Shown here: positions 1-9,991 of the stretch, in pieces | Numbering within the stretch: position 1 is the first letter of the stretch | How the letters are laid out: each line of letters opens with the position of its first letter | Translations under genes and position numbers: made by a program | Notes under the pieces: generated by a model | What the model saw: only the letters and a program-made list of their open reading frames with translations | Told to the model about the DNA's origin: nothing | Databases searched by the model: none | Source: a virus | Lineage: Duplodnaviria; Caudoviricetes | Reading direction: 5' to 3' (one strand) | Virus record (IMG/VR): IMGVR_UViG_3300031569_000004 | Coordinates: 1 to 60,900 of that record | DNA length: 60,900 nt

Positions 1-1932
1 ATTGAAACTGTAGGATATGCACAAGAAGGTGTATGGGTAGCTGTTAAATCAAGTGCAAACGCAGGTGCATACAGCACTGATGGTAATACATGGGTTGCAA
101 ACGTAATGCCAAACGCTAACTGGTCATCGTTAGCACACGGACTTATTGATGATGGATCAACAGTAGCGTTACAAAGTAGATTTGTTGCAGTAGCTACAGG
201 ATCAGCAATAGCAGCATACTCCGATGATGGTGTTACTTGGGTACAATCGGCACTACCATCAAGCCAAGCATGGTCAGATGTTACTTACGGTGAAGGCAAG
301 TTTATTGCAGTTGCAGCAGGTACAGCAACAGTTGCTATTTCATTAGATGGAGTTGCTTGGGATCTTACAGGTACACTTAATAATACTGGTCATACTAGAA
401 TTACTTACGGTGCAGGTAGATTTGTTGCAACTAAACCAGCTAGTACAGTTGCTGAATATTCAAATGACGGTGTTACTTGGGTAGCTGCAACGCTACCAGC
501 TTCAAGAGCATGGACAGATGTTGCATTTGGTAACGGACACTTTGTAGCAGTTGCTTCTGATAACAACACAGGTGCTATGTCATTAGACGGCGCTACTTGG
601 GTAGCTATGCCAATGGGATCACCAGATTCAACAGCAGTATCAGGCTTACAAAAAGTTAACTACGGTGAAGGATTGTTTGTTGCTACAGCATACTTAGATG
701 GCTTAGACGGCTTTAATGAAGTAGCTACATCACAAGATGGCTTTAACTGGACTTGGAGATCACTAGAAGGTGTATCAGGAGACCAAATTGGTGAAGGTTA
801 TAAAGCAGTAGCATACGGTGTAAGCGAAAGAAAAGGTTACTGGGTAACAATTCCAGTGGTAGCAGGAACTATTGCTTCTAGATCAAGACTTGGTGTAAGA
901 GCAAGAGCACGTTCATATGTTGCACAAAATAAAATTTACTCAGTCAAGATTATTGAGCCGGGCGCAGGATACGATAGCGTTCCAACAATGACTATTGTTG
1001 ACCCAAGTGAAATTTATGCAGCACCATTTATTGTTAGAATTGGTAACGGTGTGTTAGCTAACCCAACGTTCTCAAATAGAGGAACAGGTTATGTTTCATC
1101 ATCCGCAGACTTAGTAGGTGGCGATGGATTTGCAGACTTCTTCCAAAGCGGATCGTATATTGCTGTAAGACAACTTTCAAGCATTCCTGTAACAGGATCA
1201 AACGTTGTGTTTGGACATTTACCAAATGAAACATTCAAATTGGTTAATATCATTACACAGCTTGGAACAAATCCAGGAGCGTTTACATGTTTCTTACAAG
1301 TTAGTCCACAGATGAAATTAATTAATGTTCCGGCACACGGAACTAGTGTAACAACTAGAATTAAGTACTCACAGGTGCGCTTAACAGGACACGACTTCCT
1401 AGACATTGGTACAGGTAACTTTACTGAAACCAATTATCCAGGACTTCCACTACAAGATCCAATTCAAGCTAACGAAACCAGGGAAACTAGCGGAGGTAGA
1501 GTATTCTACACTGCAACTGACCAAGATGGTAACTTTAGAGTTGGTGGATTGTTTGCAGTTGAACAGTCAACTGGTGTTGCAACATTGAATGCTGATGCGT
1601 TTAACATTGCAGGACTACAAGAACTATCACTTGGTGAAGTTACACTAGGTGGAGGATCTGCTTCAATTGAAGAATTTAGTACAGACCCATTCTTCACAGC
1701 AGATAGTGACAGTGTTGTACCGACACAGCGAGCCATTAAGGCTTACATTAGTTCACAAATTGGTGGCGGTGGTGCATCGCTTAATGTAAATAGTGTTACA
1801 GCAGGTTCAATATATATTGCTGGAACACAGATAACTACAACTACACAAGCAGCGATTCTTGTTAATGCTAACATGAATTTCAAAGGTGGAGTCAGAGGTT
1901 TGCCAATTGCATGGCATTACTTCTTAAACTAG
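1..1932 (+). CDS. Large virion structural/tail-fibre protein, 5'-truncated by window
   Basis: Frame 1 is open from base 1 to the stop at 1932; repeated SxDGxTW (BNR/propeller-like) units; C-terminal GHDFLDIGTG...GGRVFYTATDQDGNFRVG segment typical of T4-like aquatic phage structural proteins. Confidence 0.75.
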   Translation: METVGYAQEGVWVAVKSSANAGAYSTDGNTWVANVMPNANWSSLAHGLIDDGSTVALQSRFVAVATGSAIAAYSDDGVTWVQSALPSSQAWSDVTYGEGKFIAVAAGTATVAISLDGVAWDLTGTLNNTGHTRITYGAGRFVATKPASTVAEYSNDGVTWVAATLPASRAWTDVAFGNGHFVAVASDNNTGAMSLDGATWVAMPMGSPDSTAVSGLQKVNYGEGLFVATAYLDGLDGFNEVATSQDGFNWTWRSLEGVSGDQIGEGYKAVAYGVSERKGYWVTIPVVAGTIASRSRLGVRARARSYVAQNKIYSVKIIEPGAGYDSVPTMTIVDPSEIYAAPFIVRIGNGVLANPTFSNRGTGYVSSSADLVGGDGFADFFQSGSYIAVRQLSSIPVTGSNVVFGHLPNETFKLVNIITQLGTNPGAFTCFLQVSPQMKLINVPAHGTSVTTRIKYSQVRLTGHDFLDIGTGNFTETNYPGLPLQDPIQANETRETSGGRVFYTATDQDGNFRVGGLFAVEQSTGVATLNADAFNIAGLQELSLGEVTLGGGSASIEEFSTDPFFTADSDSVVPTQRAIKAYISSQIGGGGASLNVNSVTAGSIYIAGTQITTTTQAAILVNANMNFKGGVRGLPIAWHYFLN

Positions 1933-1960
1933 AAATAGATAAAAACGGAGATAAAATAAA

Positions 1961-2281
1961 ATGGCAACAGGAATATTAGGCGTAGCAGATTTAGCAGCAG
2001 CTACAGATACCAGTGTATACACAACGCCCGCTGATACTTTTAGTGTAGTTTCAGTAAGTTTGTGTAACAGAGGTGGAAGTGCTGCCCAAGTAAGGATAGC
2101 AGTAAGCTCATCCGGCACACCAAACGATGCGGATTATTTAGAATTTGATTCACAAATTTCTGCAAACGGTGTTGTAGAAAGAACAGGTATAGTACTAGAT
2201 GCAGGAAAGATAGTTGTTGTAAGATCAAATGCAGTCAACGTATCAGCAGTATGCATGGGTATTGAAACCTCAACAGCTTAA
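1961..2281 (+). CDS. Small virion structural protein
   Basis: GGAG RBS upstream; beta-rich 106 aa; in structural operon. Confidence 0.6.
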   Translation: MATGILGVADLAAATDTSVYTTPADTFSVVSVSLCNRGGSAAQVRIAVSSSGTPNDADYLEFDSQISANGVVERTGIVLDAGKIVVVRSNAVNVSAVCMGIETSTA

Positions 2282-2292
2282 GGAGAGTAATT

Positions 2293-2745
2293 ATGGGAAG
2301 AATTGTAGGAAGTGGAATTAACGATCAGCCACAATTGCTGAGTGGAACAACCGCTGTTCGTCCTGCTAGTGCAAATGCTGGAGTTTTGTATTATAATACA
2401 TCTAAAAATATTTTAGAAATTTATAATGCTGCTCAGTGGCATGTGGTAGGAGAGTTACCAAGAGTTGTTACAACTACATCACTGGCAGCATTATCGAATA
2501 CGTTCTATATTGTTAATTCAGCTGGAGGGCCGGTTACAATTACTTTACCAGCAAGTCCAGTTGAAGGTGATACAGTAAAGTTTCAAGATTATTCAGGAAC
2601 TTTTGGTACTAACAATTTAACAGTAGCAAACAACGGCAACAAGATTATGCGCACAACAGACAATATGACTGTTAGTACTAATGGCGCATCATTTACATTG
2701 GAATACACTGATGCAGCCAGCGGCTGGTTAATGGCAGTAATTTAA
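2293..2745 (+). CDS. Baseplate/fibre-connector-like protein (T4 gp9/gp10 N-terminal-like module)
   Basis: VTITLPASPVEGDTVKFQDYSGTFGTNNLTV motif; AAGGAG RBS. Confidence 0.6.
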   Translation: MGRIVGSGINDQPQLLSGTTAVRPASANAGVLYYNTSKNILEIYNAAQWHVVGELPRVVTTTSLAALSNTFYIVNSAGGPVTITLPASPVEGDTVKFQDYSGTFGTNNLTVANNGNKIMRTTDNMTVSTNGASFTLEYTDAASGWLMAVI

Positions 2746-2761
2746 TAGGAGTTAACAAGAA

Positions 2762-3613
2762 ATGGCGTTTGATTATCAAACTTTAAAGAAAGTCACAGGT
2801 TCTGCTATTGTAGACGGGACTTTAGGATCAGTCGACTTAGCAAACACAACTGTAACAGACACAAGTATTGCTACAGGTGCTGTTGGCTCAGATGAGATGG
2901 CATCAGGCTCCGTTAATCTTGCTTCTGCTAAAGTTACAGGCGCATTAGCTGTAGCTAGAGGTGGAACAGCACTTACAAGTGGCAGTGGTGGTTATAGAGC
3001 ACTTAGAAGTAATGGTTCTGCGTTAACAACTGACTTACACGGTGTTGCAAGTATGAATGTTTATACTGGAAGTACAACGTGGAGCAGACCTACTGGCGTT
3101 AGATATATTAGAGTACAAGTACAAGGTGCAGGTGGCGGCGGATCAGGCCACGGAGAAGGTGGCGGCGCAGGTGGATATTCTGAAAAGTATATCGACGTAA
3201 CCGGAATTGGGTCAGTAACAGTTACTATTGGCGGTGGTGGCGGTGGCACATATTATTCAAGTGCAGGTGGTAACGGAAATGCTTCAAGTTTTGGTCCATA
3301 TTTAAGCGCAAGTGCAGGACACGGAGCAAATAGACAAAACCAACATAGTGGTGGTGTTAGCGGTAACGGCTCAGGTGGTAACTTAAATATTCACCAAGGT
3401 GGCGGATATGGTCATCATGCTTACAGTGCCCAAAGTACAGCAAATACATATTTTGGCGGAGGCGCACCAGGAAATCACCCGCAAGGCGGACACTTTGCCC
3501 ACAATCACCAAAATCACTGTACTCAAGGTACAGGTGGTGCAGGATCACACTTCCACGGACACAGAGGTTCAGATGGAAGACCTGGATTGATTATTGTAAC
3601 GAATTATTACTAA
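2762..3613 (+). CDS. Gly/His-rich tail-fibre tip/adhesin-like protein, paralogue 1
   Basis: N-terminal fibre-type repeats; TWSRPTGVRYIRVQVQGAGGGG start of a glycine-rich domain; 15 His; AGGAG RBS. Confidence 0.65.
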   Translation: MAFDYQTLKKVTGSAIVDGTLGSVDLANTTVTDTSIATGAVGSDEMASGSVNLASAKVTGALAVARGGTALTSGSGGYRALRSNGSALTTDLHGVASMNVYTGSTTWSRPTGVRYIRVQVQGAGGGGSGHGEGGGAGGYSEKYIDVTGIGSVTVTIGGGGGGTYYSSAGGNGNASSFGPYLSASAGHGANRQNQHSGGVSGNGSGGNLNIHQGGGYGHHAYSAQSTANTYFGGGAPGNHPQGGHFAHNHQNHCTQGTGGAGSHFHGHRGSDGRPGLIIVTNYY

Positions 3614-3627
3614 GGAGAGTATAGAAT

Positions 3628-4485
3628 ATGGCGTTTAACTATCAGACATTAAAGAGACTCACTAATACATCCTTAGATGGGGCAACTGTTGCTGCCGCAG
3701 ATTTAGGAACAAACTCAGTAACCAATGCTAAATTAGCAAACGGTTCAGTAACAGCAACTAAAATGGCAGCTGGTGCTGTTAATCTTGGATCTAGTACAGT
3801 AACAGGTACATTACCTTTTGCTAAAGGTGGAACAAGTAACACAGCAGCTGGAGGCGCATATCAAGCACTTACAACAAACTCAGCTAACAACGCTTTAACT
3901 TTTGCAGCAACAGGTATTAGAGGAATGAGTGTTTATACAAGTACAGGTACTTGGAGCAGACCAACTGGCGTTAGATACATTATGGTGCAAGTACAAGGTG
4001 GTGGCGGCGGTGGTTCAGGCCACGGAGAAAGTGGTGCAGCTGGCGGATACTCAGAAAGAATTTTAGATGTAACTGGAATTAGTTCAGTAACTTGTACTAT
4101 TGCTGGTGGAGGCGGTGGTACATACTACTCCAATGCTGGAGGCAATGGTAACGGATCAAGTTTTGGCCCATATCTTAGTGCATCGGGCGGCCATGGAGCA
4201 AACAGACATAATCAACACAACGGTGGCCTTGCAGGAGTTGGAAGCGGTGGCGACTTAAACATATACGGCGGTTGCGGTGGAAGTCACGAGCAACGTTCAT
4301 CGGGAATGGGTGGCGCAAGTTTCTTTGGCGGCCCTGGACCAGCAGGACATCCACAAGGTGGACACTTTGCTCACAATCACCAAGGACACTCATCTCCAGG
4401 TACAGGCGGTACATCAGGATACTTTAGTGGACATAGAGGTGCTGACGGCAGACCCGGGTTAATCATTGTAACGGAGTTCTATTAA
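3628..4485 (+). CDS. Gly/His-rich tail-fibre tip/adhesin-like protein, paralogue 2
   Basis: Same architecture; VTNAKLANGSVTATKMA repeats; HPQGGHFAHNHQGH motif; 11 His. Confidence 0.65.
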   Translation: MAFNYQTLKRLTNTSLDGATVAAADLGTNSVTNAKLANGSVTATKMAAGAVNLGSSTVTGTLPFAKGGTSNTAAGGAYQALTTNSANNALTFAATGIRGMSVYTSTGTWSRPTGVRYIMVQVQGGGGGGSGHGESGAAGGYSERILDVTGISSVTCTIAGGGGGTYYSNAGGNGNGSSFGPYLSASGGHGANRHNQHNGGLAGVGSGGDLNIYGGCGGSHEQRSSGMGGASFFGGPGPAGHPQGGHFAHNHQGHSSPGTGGTSGYFSGHRGADGRPGLIIVTEFY

Positions 4486-4487
4486 AA

Positions 4488-5342
4488 ATGGCATTTAATT
4501 ATCAAATACTAAAAGGTTACACAGGCGAATCGTTTGTTGATGCAACTATTACAGGTACAAAAATTGTAGCAGGAAGTGTTGCCGCAGATGAAATAGCAAG
4601 TGGAGCAGTAGACGCAAACAAATTAGCAGACGGCGCAGTTGCACTAGGTGGCAGTGTTGTTACTGGTTCAGCACCTGTTAGCGCAGGTGGTACAGGATTA
4701 ACAAGTGTTGGTGCAGTAAATACCATTCTATCAACAAACTCAGCAGGTAATGCACTAGAATATAGATATGAAGGGTTTTCAGGAATTCAAGTATTTACAG
4801 GAAACGGCACATGGAACAGACCAAGTGGCGTTAGATATATTAGAGTTAAATTAGTTGGTGGTGGTGGTGGAGCTTCTGGACACGGAGAAAGCGGTGGCGC
4901 AGGTGGCTACTCAGAAAGAATTATGGATGTCACAGGTATTGGCTCAGTAGGTATTACTGTTGGTGGTGGTGGTGGTGGCACATATTATTCAGGTGCAGGT
5001 GGTAACGGAAATAGCACTAGTTTTGGACCGTATATGTCTGCAAGTGCAGGACACGGCGCCAATAGACAAAATCAACACTCGGGTGGTGTTAGTGGTAACG
5101 GCTCAGGTGGTAACTTAAATATTCACCAAGGTGGCGGCGGTGCTCATCACCACTCGTTTGGTCCGGGAGGATCTACATATTTTGGAGGTGCTGCACCGTC
5201 AGGACATCCACAAGGTGGACACTTTGCGCATAACCATCAAGGCCACAGCGCACCAGGAACAGGCGGCACAGGCGGGTATTTCCATGGACATAGAGGTTCA
5301 GATGGAAGACCTGGTATTGTAGTCGTTGAAGAATATAAATAA
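4488..5342 (+). CDS. Gly/His-rich tail-fibre tip/adhesin-like protein, paralogue 3
   Basis: Same architecture; HPQGGHFAHNHQGH motif; 14 His. Confidence 0.65.
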   Translation: MAFNYQILKGYTGESFVDATITGTKIVAGSVAADEIASGAVDANKLADGAVALGGSVVTGSAPVSAGGTGLTSVGAVNTILSTNSAGNALEYRYEGFSGIQVFTGNGTWNRPSGVRYIRVKLVGGGGGASGHGESGGAGGYSERIMDVTGIGSVGITVGGGGGGTYYSGAGGNGNSTSFGPYMSASAGHGANRQNQHSGGVSGNGSGGNLNIHQGGGGAHHHSFGPGGSTYFGGAAPSGHPQGGHFAHNHQGHSAPGTGGTGGYFHGHRGSDGRPGIVVVEEYK

Positions 5343-5363
5343 AGGACAACAGGAGTATATATT

Positions 5364-5864
5364 ATGAAAAAAGCACTAATTGGTTATCAAGGTTGGGTAC
5401 AAGATATTAGAAACCCAGGCGAAGAGTTTGAAATCTATAACGGACCAGATGCAAAAATGCAGTGGATTGATGCACCAGACGAAATTACATTAGACTGGAC
5501 ATTAGAATGGTCACCACAGAATCAAAGAATGATTTGGGTTGAAAGAGATGGCCCATATACACAAGATTCAGAAGCACGTAGAGTTGCTTATGGAGAAGTT
5601 GGCGAACAACTTGATATGTTATATCACGAAATACAAGAAAGTGGTACAATTTCAGCAAGTGGTCCTTGGGCTTCGCATATTGCTACAGTTAAAACAATGA
5701 TTCCATCACCTCCAGCGCCAATTCTTATTACAGAAGAAGAAGCAATGGTTAGACGTAATACAATGGAACCAGGTAATGATAGTCCTGTTAATTCAAGCAC
5801 AGAAGATATGCCGTGCTGGAAAAGATACGAAGGTTGGACTGATCGTTCAAACGAAGTAGTTTAA
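5364..5864 (+). CDS. Fibre-associated protein (possible fibre assembly chaperone)
   Basis: RRVAYGEVGEQLDMLYHEI...W..HI..VK resembles a motif common in small proteins next to phage fibre genes; AGGAG RBS; TATAAATA at 5334-5341. Confidence 0.45.
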   Translation: MKKALIGYQGWVQDIRNPGEEFEIYNGPDAKMQWIDAPDEITLDWTLEWSPQNQRMIWVERDGPYTQDSEARRVAYGEVGEQLDMLYHEIQESGTISASGPWASHIATVKTMIPSPPAPILITEEEAMVRRNTMEPGNDSPVNSSTEDMPCWKRYEGWTDRSNEVV

Positions 5865-5887
5865 ACTTAGTTACATACTCCAATATT

Positions 5888-5912
5888 AAAGGGCTCTTCG
5901 GAGCCTTTTTTT
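5888..5912 (+). terminator. Rho-independent terminator
   Basis: GGCTC-TTCG-GAGCC stem-loop followed by T7. Confidence 0.9.
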
Positions 5913-5936
5913 ATTTACTCCACTTCAGATTCTAAC

Positions 5937-5942
5937 TAAATA
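5937..5942 (+). promoter_or_regulatory. Putative late promoter for rightward halogenase/oxygenase operon
   Basis: TAAATA box just after a terminator, same box as before structural genes. Confidence 0.6.
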
Positions 5943-5974
5943 ATAGTAGCATATAATACACCAAAGGATTTATA

Positions 5975-7588
5975 ATGAAAATTAAAACAGTAACAATCGT
6001 AGGCGGCGGTTCATCAGGATGGATGACAGCAGCAGCACTAGCTAAATGTTGCCCACATTTAGATATAACTCTAATTGAATCCAAGTCTATTGGCACAGTT
6101 GGCGTTGGTGAAAGTACCCTCGGGCATATCAACAGATACATGCGTTTACTTGATCTTAAAGACGAAGATTGGATGGCAGCATGTAATGCTACATATAAAA
6201 ATTCAATTCAATTTACAAACTTTAGAGAAGGCAACGGTGAAGTATTTCAATACCCGTTTAGTGACGGACTTGATATGACTGATAAGCCTAGTGGGGCAGA
6301 CAACTGGAAACAACTAGCTGCATTACGTCCTGAAGAATACGGTCCTGAAGAATATGCTAGATTTTTCTGTACAGGTAACACGCTACTAGCAGAGCATAAC
6401 AAGCAAACTAAAAATGAAAATGGCGTATTAAGAAACTTTGATTATGATAACGATACTGCATATCATATGGATGCACAGTTGTTTGGACAATACCTAAAAG
6501 ATAACATTGCAATTCCTTTAGGTGTAAAACACATGTACGGAGAAGTACATTCGCACATGAAAGATAATACTAATACATACATTACTCAAATTTTATGTGC
6601 TGACGGAACTATCCTTAAAGCAGACTTGTTTGTTGACTGTACCGGCTTTGCCTCAATTTTATTAGAACAATGGATGGGCTCACATTTTAGAAGTTTTGAA
6701 AACCATTTAGCAAATGACAAGGCTTGGGCATGTAGACTTCCTTATACTAATAGAGAAGAGCAAATGCACAATGTAACTGATTGTTTTGCACTTGGCAACG
6801 GCTGGGTGTGGAATATTCCTTTATGGAATAGAATTGGTACTGGGTATGTGTACTCTAGTAGATTTACTACTCCAGAAGCTGCTAAGGTTGAATTTAGAGA
6901 ACATTTAGCAAAAACACACACTCCTGAAATTGCAGAAGCTGCTGAAATGTTTGAAGTTAAAATTAGACACGGACGTAGACATAGAGCGTGGAAAGGTAAC
7001 GTAGTTGGTGTGGGGTTAAGTTATGGATTTGTTGAACCATTAGAATCAACAGGACTATTAACTACACATGAGAATGTTATTAAGTTGGTCGATCTATTAA
7101 ATCGTAGAGACGGATTTGTATCACGCAGTGAAAAAGAAGGATTTAATTTCTCAGCTGAGTTTGACGTAATTAAGTTTAGAGATTTTGTTTCGCAACATTA
7201 TGCAATGTCGATGCGTGAAGATACTCCGTACTGGCGTTGGTGTACTGAACTTAACGAATATTCTCCAGAGATGCATGCCGATGAAATGCAAAAACATGGC
7301 CAATGGGCTAATATGTTTGGAAACATTATAGGCGCACATAGTTATGAGCCAAATCATGTTGGTAATAACATGATTGCAGCAGGTATGGGATTACGCCCAA
7401 CTGGAACACCGTCACTATTATCTGTTAATAGACAATTAGTACAACTTCAAGAAGAAGTAGGTGCAGTTGATAGAATGTATCAGCAGTATAAAAACTTTGT
7501 TATAGAGCACATTAAAGATCTTCCAACGCATTATCAATTCTTACTAGAAAATATATACGGTGGTAACGATGAGCATAAACTTGATTAA
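5975..7588 (+). CDS. Flavin-dependent (tryptophan halogenase family) halogenase 1
   Basis: GGGSSG FAD motif, VGVGEST, ATYK (catalytic Lys position), GWVWNIP, FVEPLESTG. Confidence 0.92.
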   Translation: MKIKTVTIVGGGSSGWMTAAALAKCCPHLDITLIESKSIGTVGVGESTLGHINRYMRLLDLKDEDWMAACNATYKNSIQFTNFREGNGEVFQYPFSDGLDMTDKPSGADNWKQLAALRPEEYGPEEYARFFCTGNTLLAEHNKQTKNENGVLRNFDYDNDTAYHMDAQLFGQYLKDNIAIPLGVKHMYGEVHSHMKDNTNTYITQILCADGTILKADLFVDCTGFASILLEQWMGSHFRSFENHLANDKAWACRLPYTNREEQMHNVTDCFALGNGWVWNIPLWNRIGTGYVYSSRFTTPEAAKVEFREHLAKTHTPEIAEAAEMFEVKIRHGRRHRAWKGNVVGVGLSYGFVEPLESTGLLTTHENVIKLVDLLNRRDGFVSRSEKEGFNFSAEFDVIKFRDFVSQHYAMSMREDTPYWRWCTELNEYSPEMHADEMQKHGQWANMFGNIIGAHSYEPNHVGNNMIAAGMGLRPTGTPSLLSVNRQLVQLQEEVGAVDRMYQQYKNFVIEHIKDLPTHYQFLLENIYGGNDEHKLD

Positions 7589-8360
7589 GAATATAAAGAA
7601 CTTTTTTAAAAAAAAGAAGTCTTATATTCGATTTTATAGTGTATACCCGGGTGTAATGGATTTGTTTCCCCCTGTAAAGGCATTGTCAATAGTGAGATCA
7701 TTTACTAAAGATGTGCCGCCTCCAGGGATGCTTCCTGTAGCTAAGTGTCCTGGCATACGTAAAATTGCAACTACGGGTTGGATCATTACTGCCCCAGCTG
7801 ATTTTAAAATTAGAACAAACGGTGACGGCGCCTCATTTGAATGGGCAGAACCGATGCAGTTTGGTAAGGGTATGCCGGGTACTGAATCTTATATTGCATC
7901 GCATGACAAAGCTCAAACAATGCCAATATTAGATGATCCATCTGATACGTTACACACTACAATCAAAATCGAAACTCCTTGGAGAATTGAAGCTTCAAAT
8001 GATATGATGCTACTGCAACTACCTGTAACATATAACAACGAATCGAGGTTTACAGCAGCACACGGACTATTAGATCCTATGCAGTCTCATGTAATAAATG
8101 TTCAACTGTTTTGGAAAGTGCTTGAAGGCGAAACGTTGATACGTGCAGGAACACCATTAGCACAATACATTCCTGTGAAAAAACAGGACTTGCTTTATAG
8201 TGCATATGATGCTATAATTGAAGAGCCAACAGAGAATGACCATAAGCGAGAAGCTGCTTATAACTATGCAGCTAATTGCGTAATACTAGAGCACGATCAT
8301 TTAGGTTCAAGATTACAAAGAGCCTCTAAGATTCTAAATAAGTATAAACACAAAGGATGA
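7569..8360 (+). CDS. Hypothetical protein of a type found in phage oxygenase islands (KCPGI...GWIITAP...ETPW...AGTPLAQYIP)
   Basis: Coupled to halogenase; ATG at 7569 preferred to GTG at 7560. Confidence 0.5.
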   Translation: MSINLIKNIKNFFKKKKSYIRFYSVYPGVMDLFPPVKALSIVRSFTKDVPPPGMLPVAKCPGIRKIATTGWIITAPADFKIRTNGDGASFEWAEPMQFGKGMPGTESYIASHDKAQTMPILDDPSDTLHTTIKIETPWRIEASNDMMLLQLPVTYNNESRFTAAHGLLDPMQSHVINVQLFWKVLEGETLIRAGTPLAQYIPVKKQDLLYSAYDAIIEEPTENDHKREAAYNYAANCVILEHDHLGSRLQRASKILNKYKHKG

Positions 8361-8620
8361 CAAATATGGAAAACAATTATATTAAAAAATTAACTGCTGT
8401 TAAGGTACAATTAACAGCTAGTCTTGAAACACAGAATGCCGAACTTGAAAAGTTAGAAAAAGAATTTGCAGATTTAAAACTTAATCCTTACGGTATCACT
8501 TCTATTGATTTTGCAAAACGTCAAGAACTTTCTGTTGATACATTAAAAATGGAAGGAACACTTATGGGTATTGATCTAGCTTTAGAGACCTATGAGGAAG
8601 AGCATGGTAAGTCAGATTAA
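8357..8620 (+). CDS. Small coiled-coil hypothetical protein
   Basis: Heptad-like LETQNAELEKLEKEFADL; overlaps neighbours. Confidence 0.55.
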   Translation: MTNMENNYIKKLTAVKVQLTASLETQNAELEKLEKEFADLKLNPYGITSIDFAKRQELSVDTLKMEGTLMGIDLALETYEEEHGKSD

Positions 8621-9191
8621 TGAAGGAGGAGTACATCTCTTTCCGCCTTATATATGGAAGTATACTTACGACTTTCCTTTAGATACATTACAAAAATCTA
8701 TTGACGAAGTTTTTGATGCTGTTAAGCACAACTCAGCTTTAGAAAAGGGCAATGCTTTATCAACAGTAGCAAACCCCGAATGGCAAAAGCCGCATACATG
8801 GGAAGAACTTGCTGACTTCCAAGGATGGCTAGGTGATAAACTAACAGGCATTAAAGAAGAATTAAATTTTTACAATCGACAATCAGAAGTAATTGGATCT
8901 TGGTTTAATAGACATTATAAATCCGGTTACACTGAAGAACATCATCATAATCATGTAACATTCGTTGCTAGTTGCTATCTAAAATGTCCGCCTAACAGTG
9001 GAAATATTGTATTTAGAAATCCGTTAGAGTACCAGATGTGCAACTTTCCAATAGTTAACGAAACGCAAACATTGAGCGAAGTAGAATGTAAAACAGGAGA
9101 CGTTATTATTTTTCCAGGATGGCTTAAACATCTTGTTACACCTAACAATACAGACCAAGAAAGAATTGTAATGACAATTAATATTAAATGA
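8604..9191 (+). CDS. 2OG-Fe(II) oxygenase (TIGR02466-like)
   Basis: WFN..HHH..ASCYLK..GNIVFRNP..FPGWLKH.V..RIVMTIN; GAGG RBS before ATG 8604. Confidence 0.85.
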   Translation: MVSQINEGGVHLFPPYIWKYTYDFPLDTLQKSIDEVFDAVKHNSALEKGNALSTVANPEWQKPHTWEELADFQGWLGDKLTGIKEELNFYNRQSEVIGSWFNRHYKSGYTEEHHHNHVTFVASCYLKCPPNSGNIVFRNPLEYQMCNFPIVNETQTLSEVECKTGDVIIFPGWLKHLVTPNNTDQERIVMTINIK

Positions 9192-9991
9192 TGGATTTTA
9201 AGATTTGTTACCCTGACGCAAACACTATAGACAAAGTGTTAAAAGTAAAGTCATTAGATGACTTTGCTACAGAATATGTTGACTTGGGTCAAGGCATTGG
9301 GTATTGGATTGCAGACAATCCGTTTTATAATGACGGCTTTGAAATATTTAAAAATTTAGTAAAATGTTTTCCTATTGTTAAAGATAACAGTGCAGAAGGT
9401 AACATGGATCCTAATCCGTTTGATACTATACATTTACCAGACTGGGTATACAAAAACATTTGCTTTTTAATTAGAGATTTTTATCTTAAAAATGTTGAAG
9501 ATACTATGTATGATCCTCAAATACATGAATGGGGAAACATCTATTTTAAAGATAGGGCAAAACCAATTACTTGTTATAGACTTCCGCATGTAGATTATCC
9601 TAAAGGATTAGTTGCTAATTTATGGTTTACTAATCACTCAATTAAAGATTCAAATACAAAATTATACAAATATCACGGAGAAGTAAAAAACTGTGTATAC
9701 GACTTTCAACTTGATACAACACATCCTTTGTTTGAATCATGGAGAGAATTAGCACAGTCACCTAAACGTTCTAACACGTGGTTTAACATGACAGATGATG
9801 AATTGAGTAAATGGGGATTTGAATGTATGGGTGCTGCACCATCAATTGAAGGAAAAATGACTATGTATAAAGCAGACATTAGCCATGCCGCAATTGTTTC
9901 GCCTAGTGTTGATTTTAGATGGAGCCATACATTTGCATTTTCAGATGATTTTGCTCCAGCAATGAGAATGGGAGATATTATACCACAATGA
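9188..9991 (+). CDS. 2OG-Fe(II) oxygenase-like protein
   Basis: LPHVD (HxD), VANLWF strand, distal SHAA His, RWSH. Confidence 0.7.
   Translation: MMDFKICYPDANTIDKVLKVKSLDDFATEYVDLGQGIGYWIADNPFYNDGFEIFKNLVKCFPIVKDNSAEGNMDPNPFDTIHLPDWVYKNICFLIRDFYLKNVEDTMYDPQIHEWGNIYFKDRAKPITCYRLPHVDYPKGLVANLWFTNHSIKDSNTKLYKYHGEVKNCVYDFQLDTTHPLFESWRELAQSPKRSNTWFNMTDDELSKWGFECMGAAPSIEGKMTMYKADISHAAIVSPSVDFRWSHTFAFSDDFAPAMRMGDIIPQ

Noticed and set aside
2762-5342. Diversity-generating retroelement (TR/VR) among the three paralogues
   Set aside because: No reverse transcriptase in the window; all repeats lie in intact genes and differences are not adenine-restricted
7602-7616. T6-A8-G run as a programmed -1 frameshift site
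   Set aside because: Near the gene start in AT-rich DNA, encodes FFKKK in an intact ORF; no stimulatory structure or useful alternative product identified
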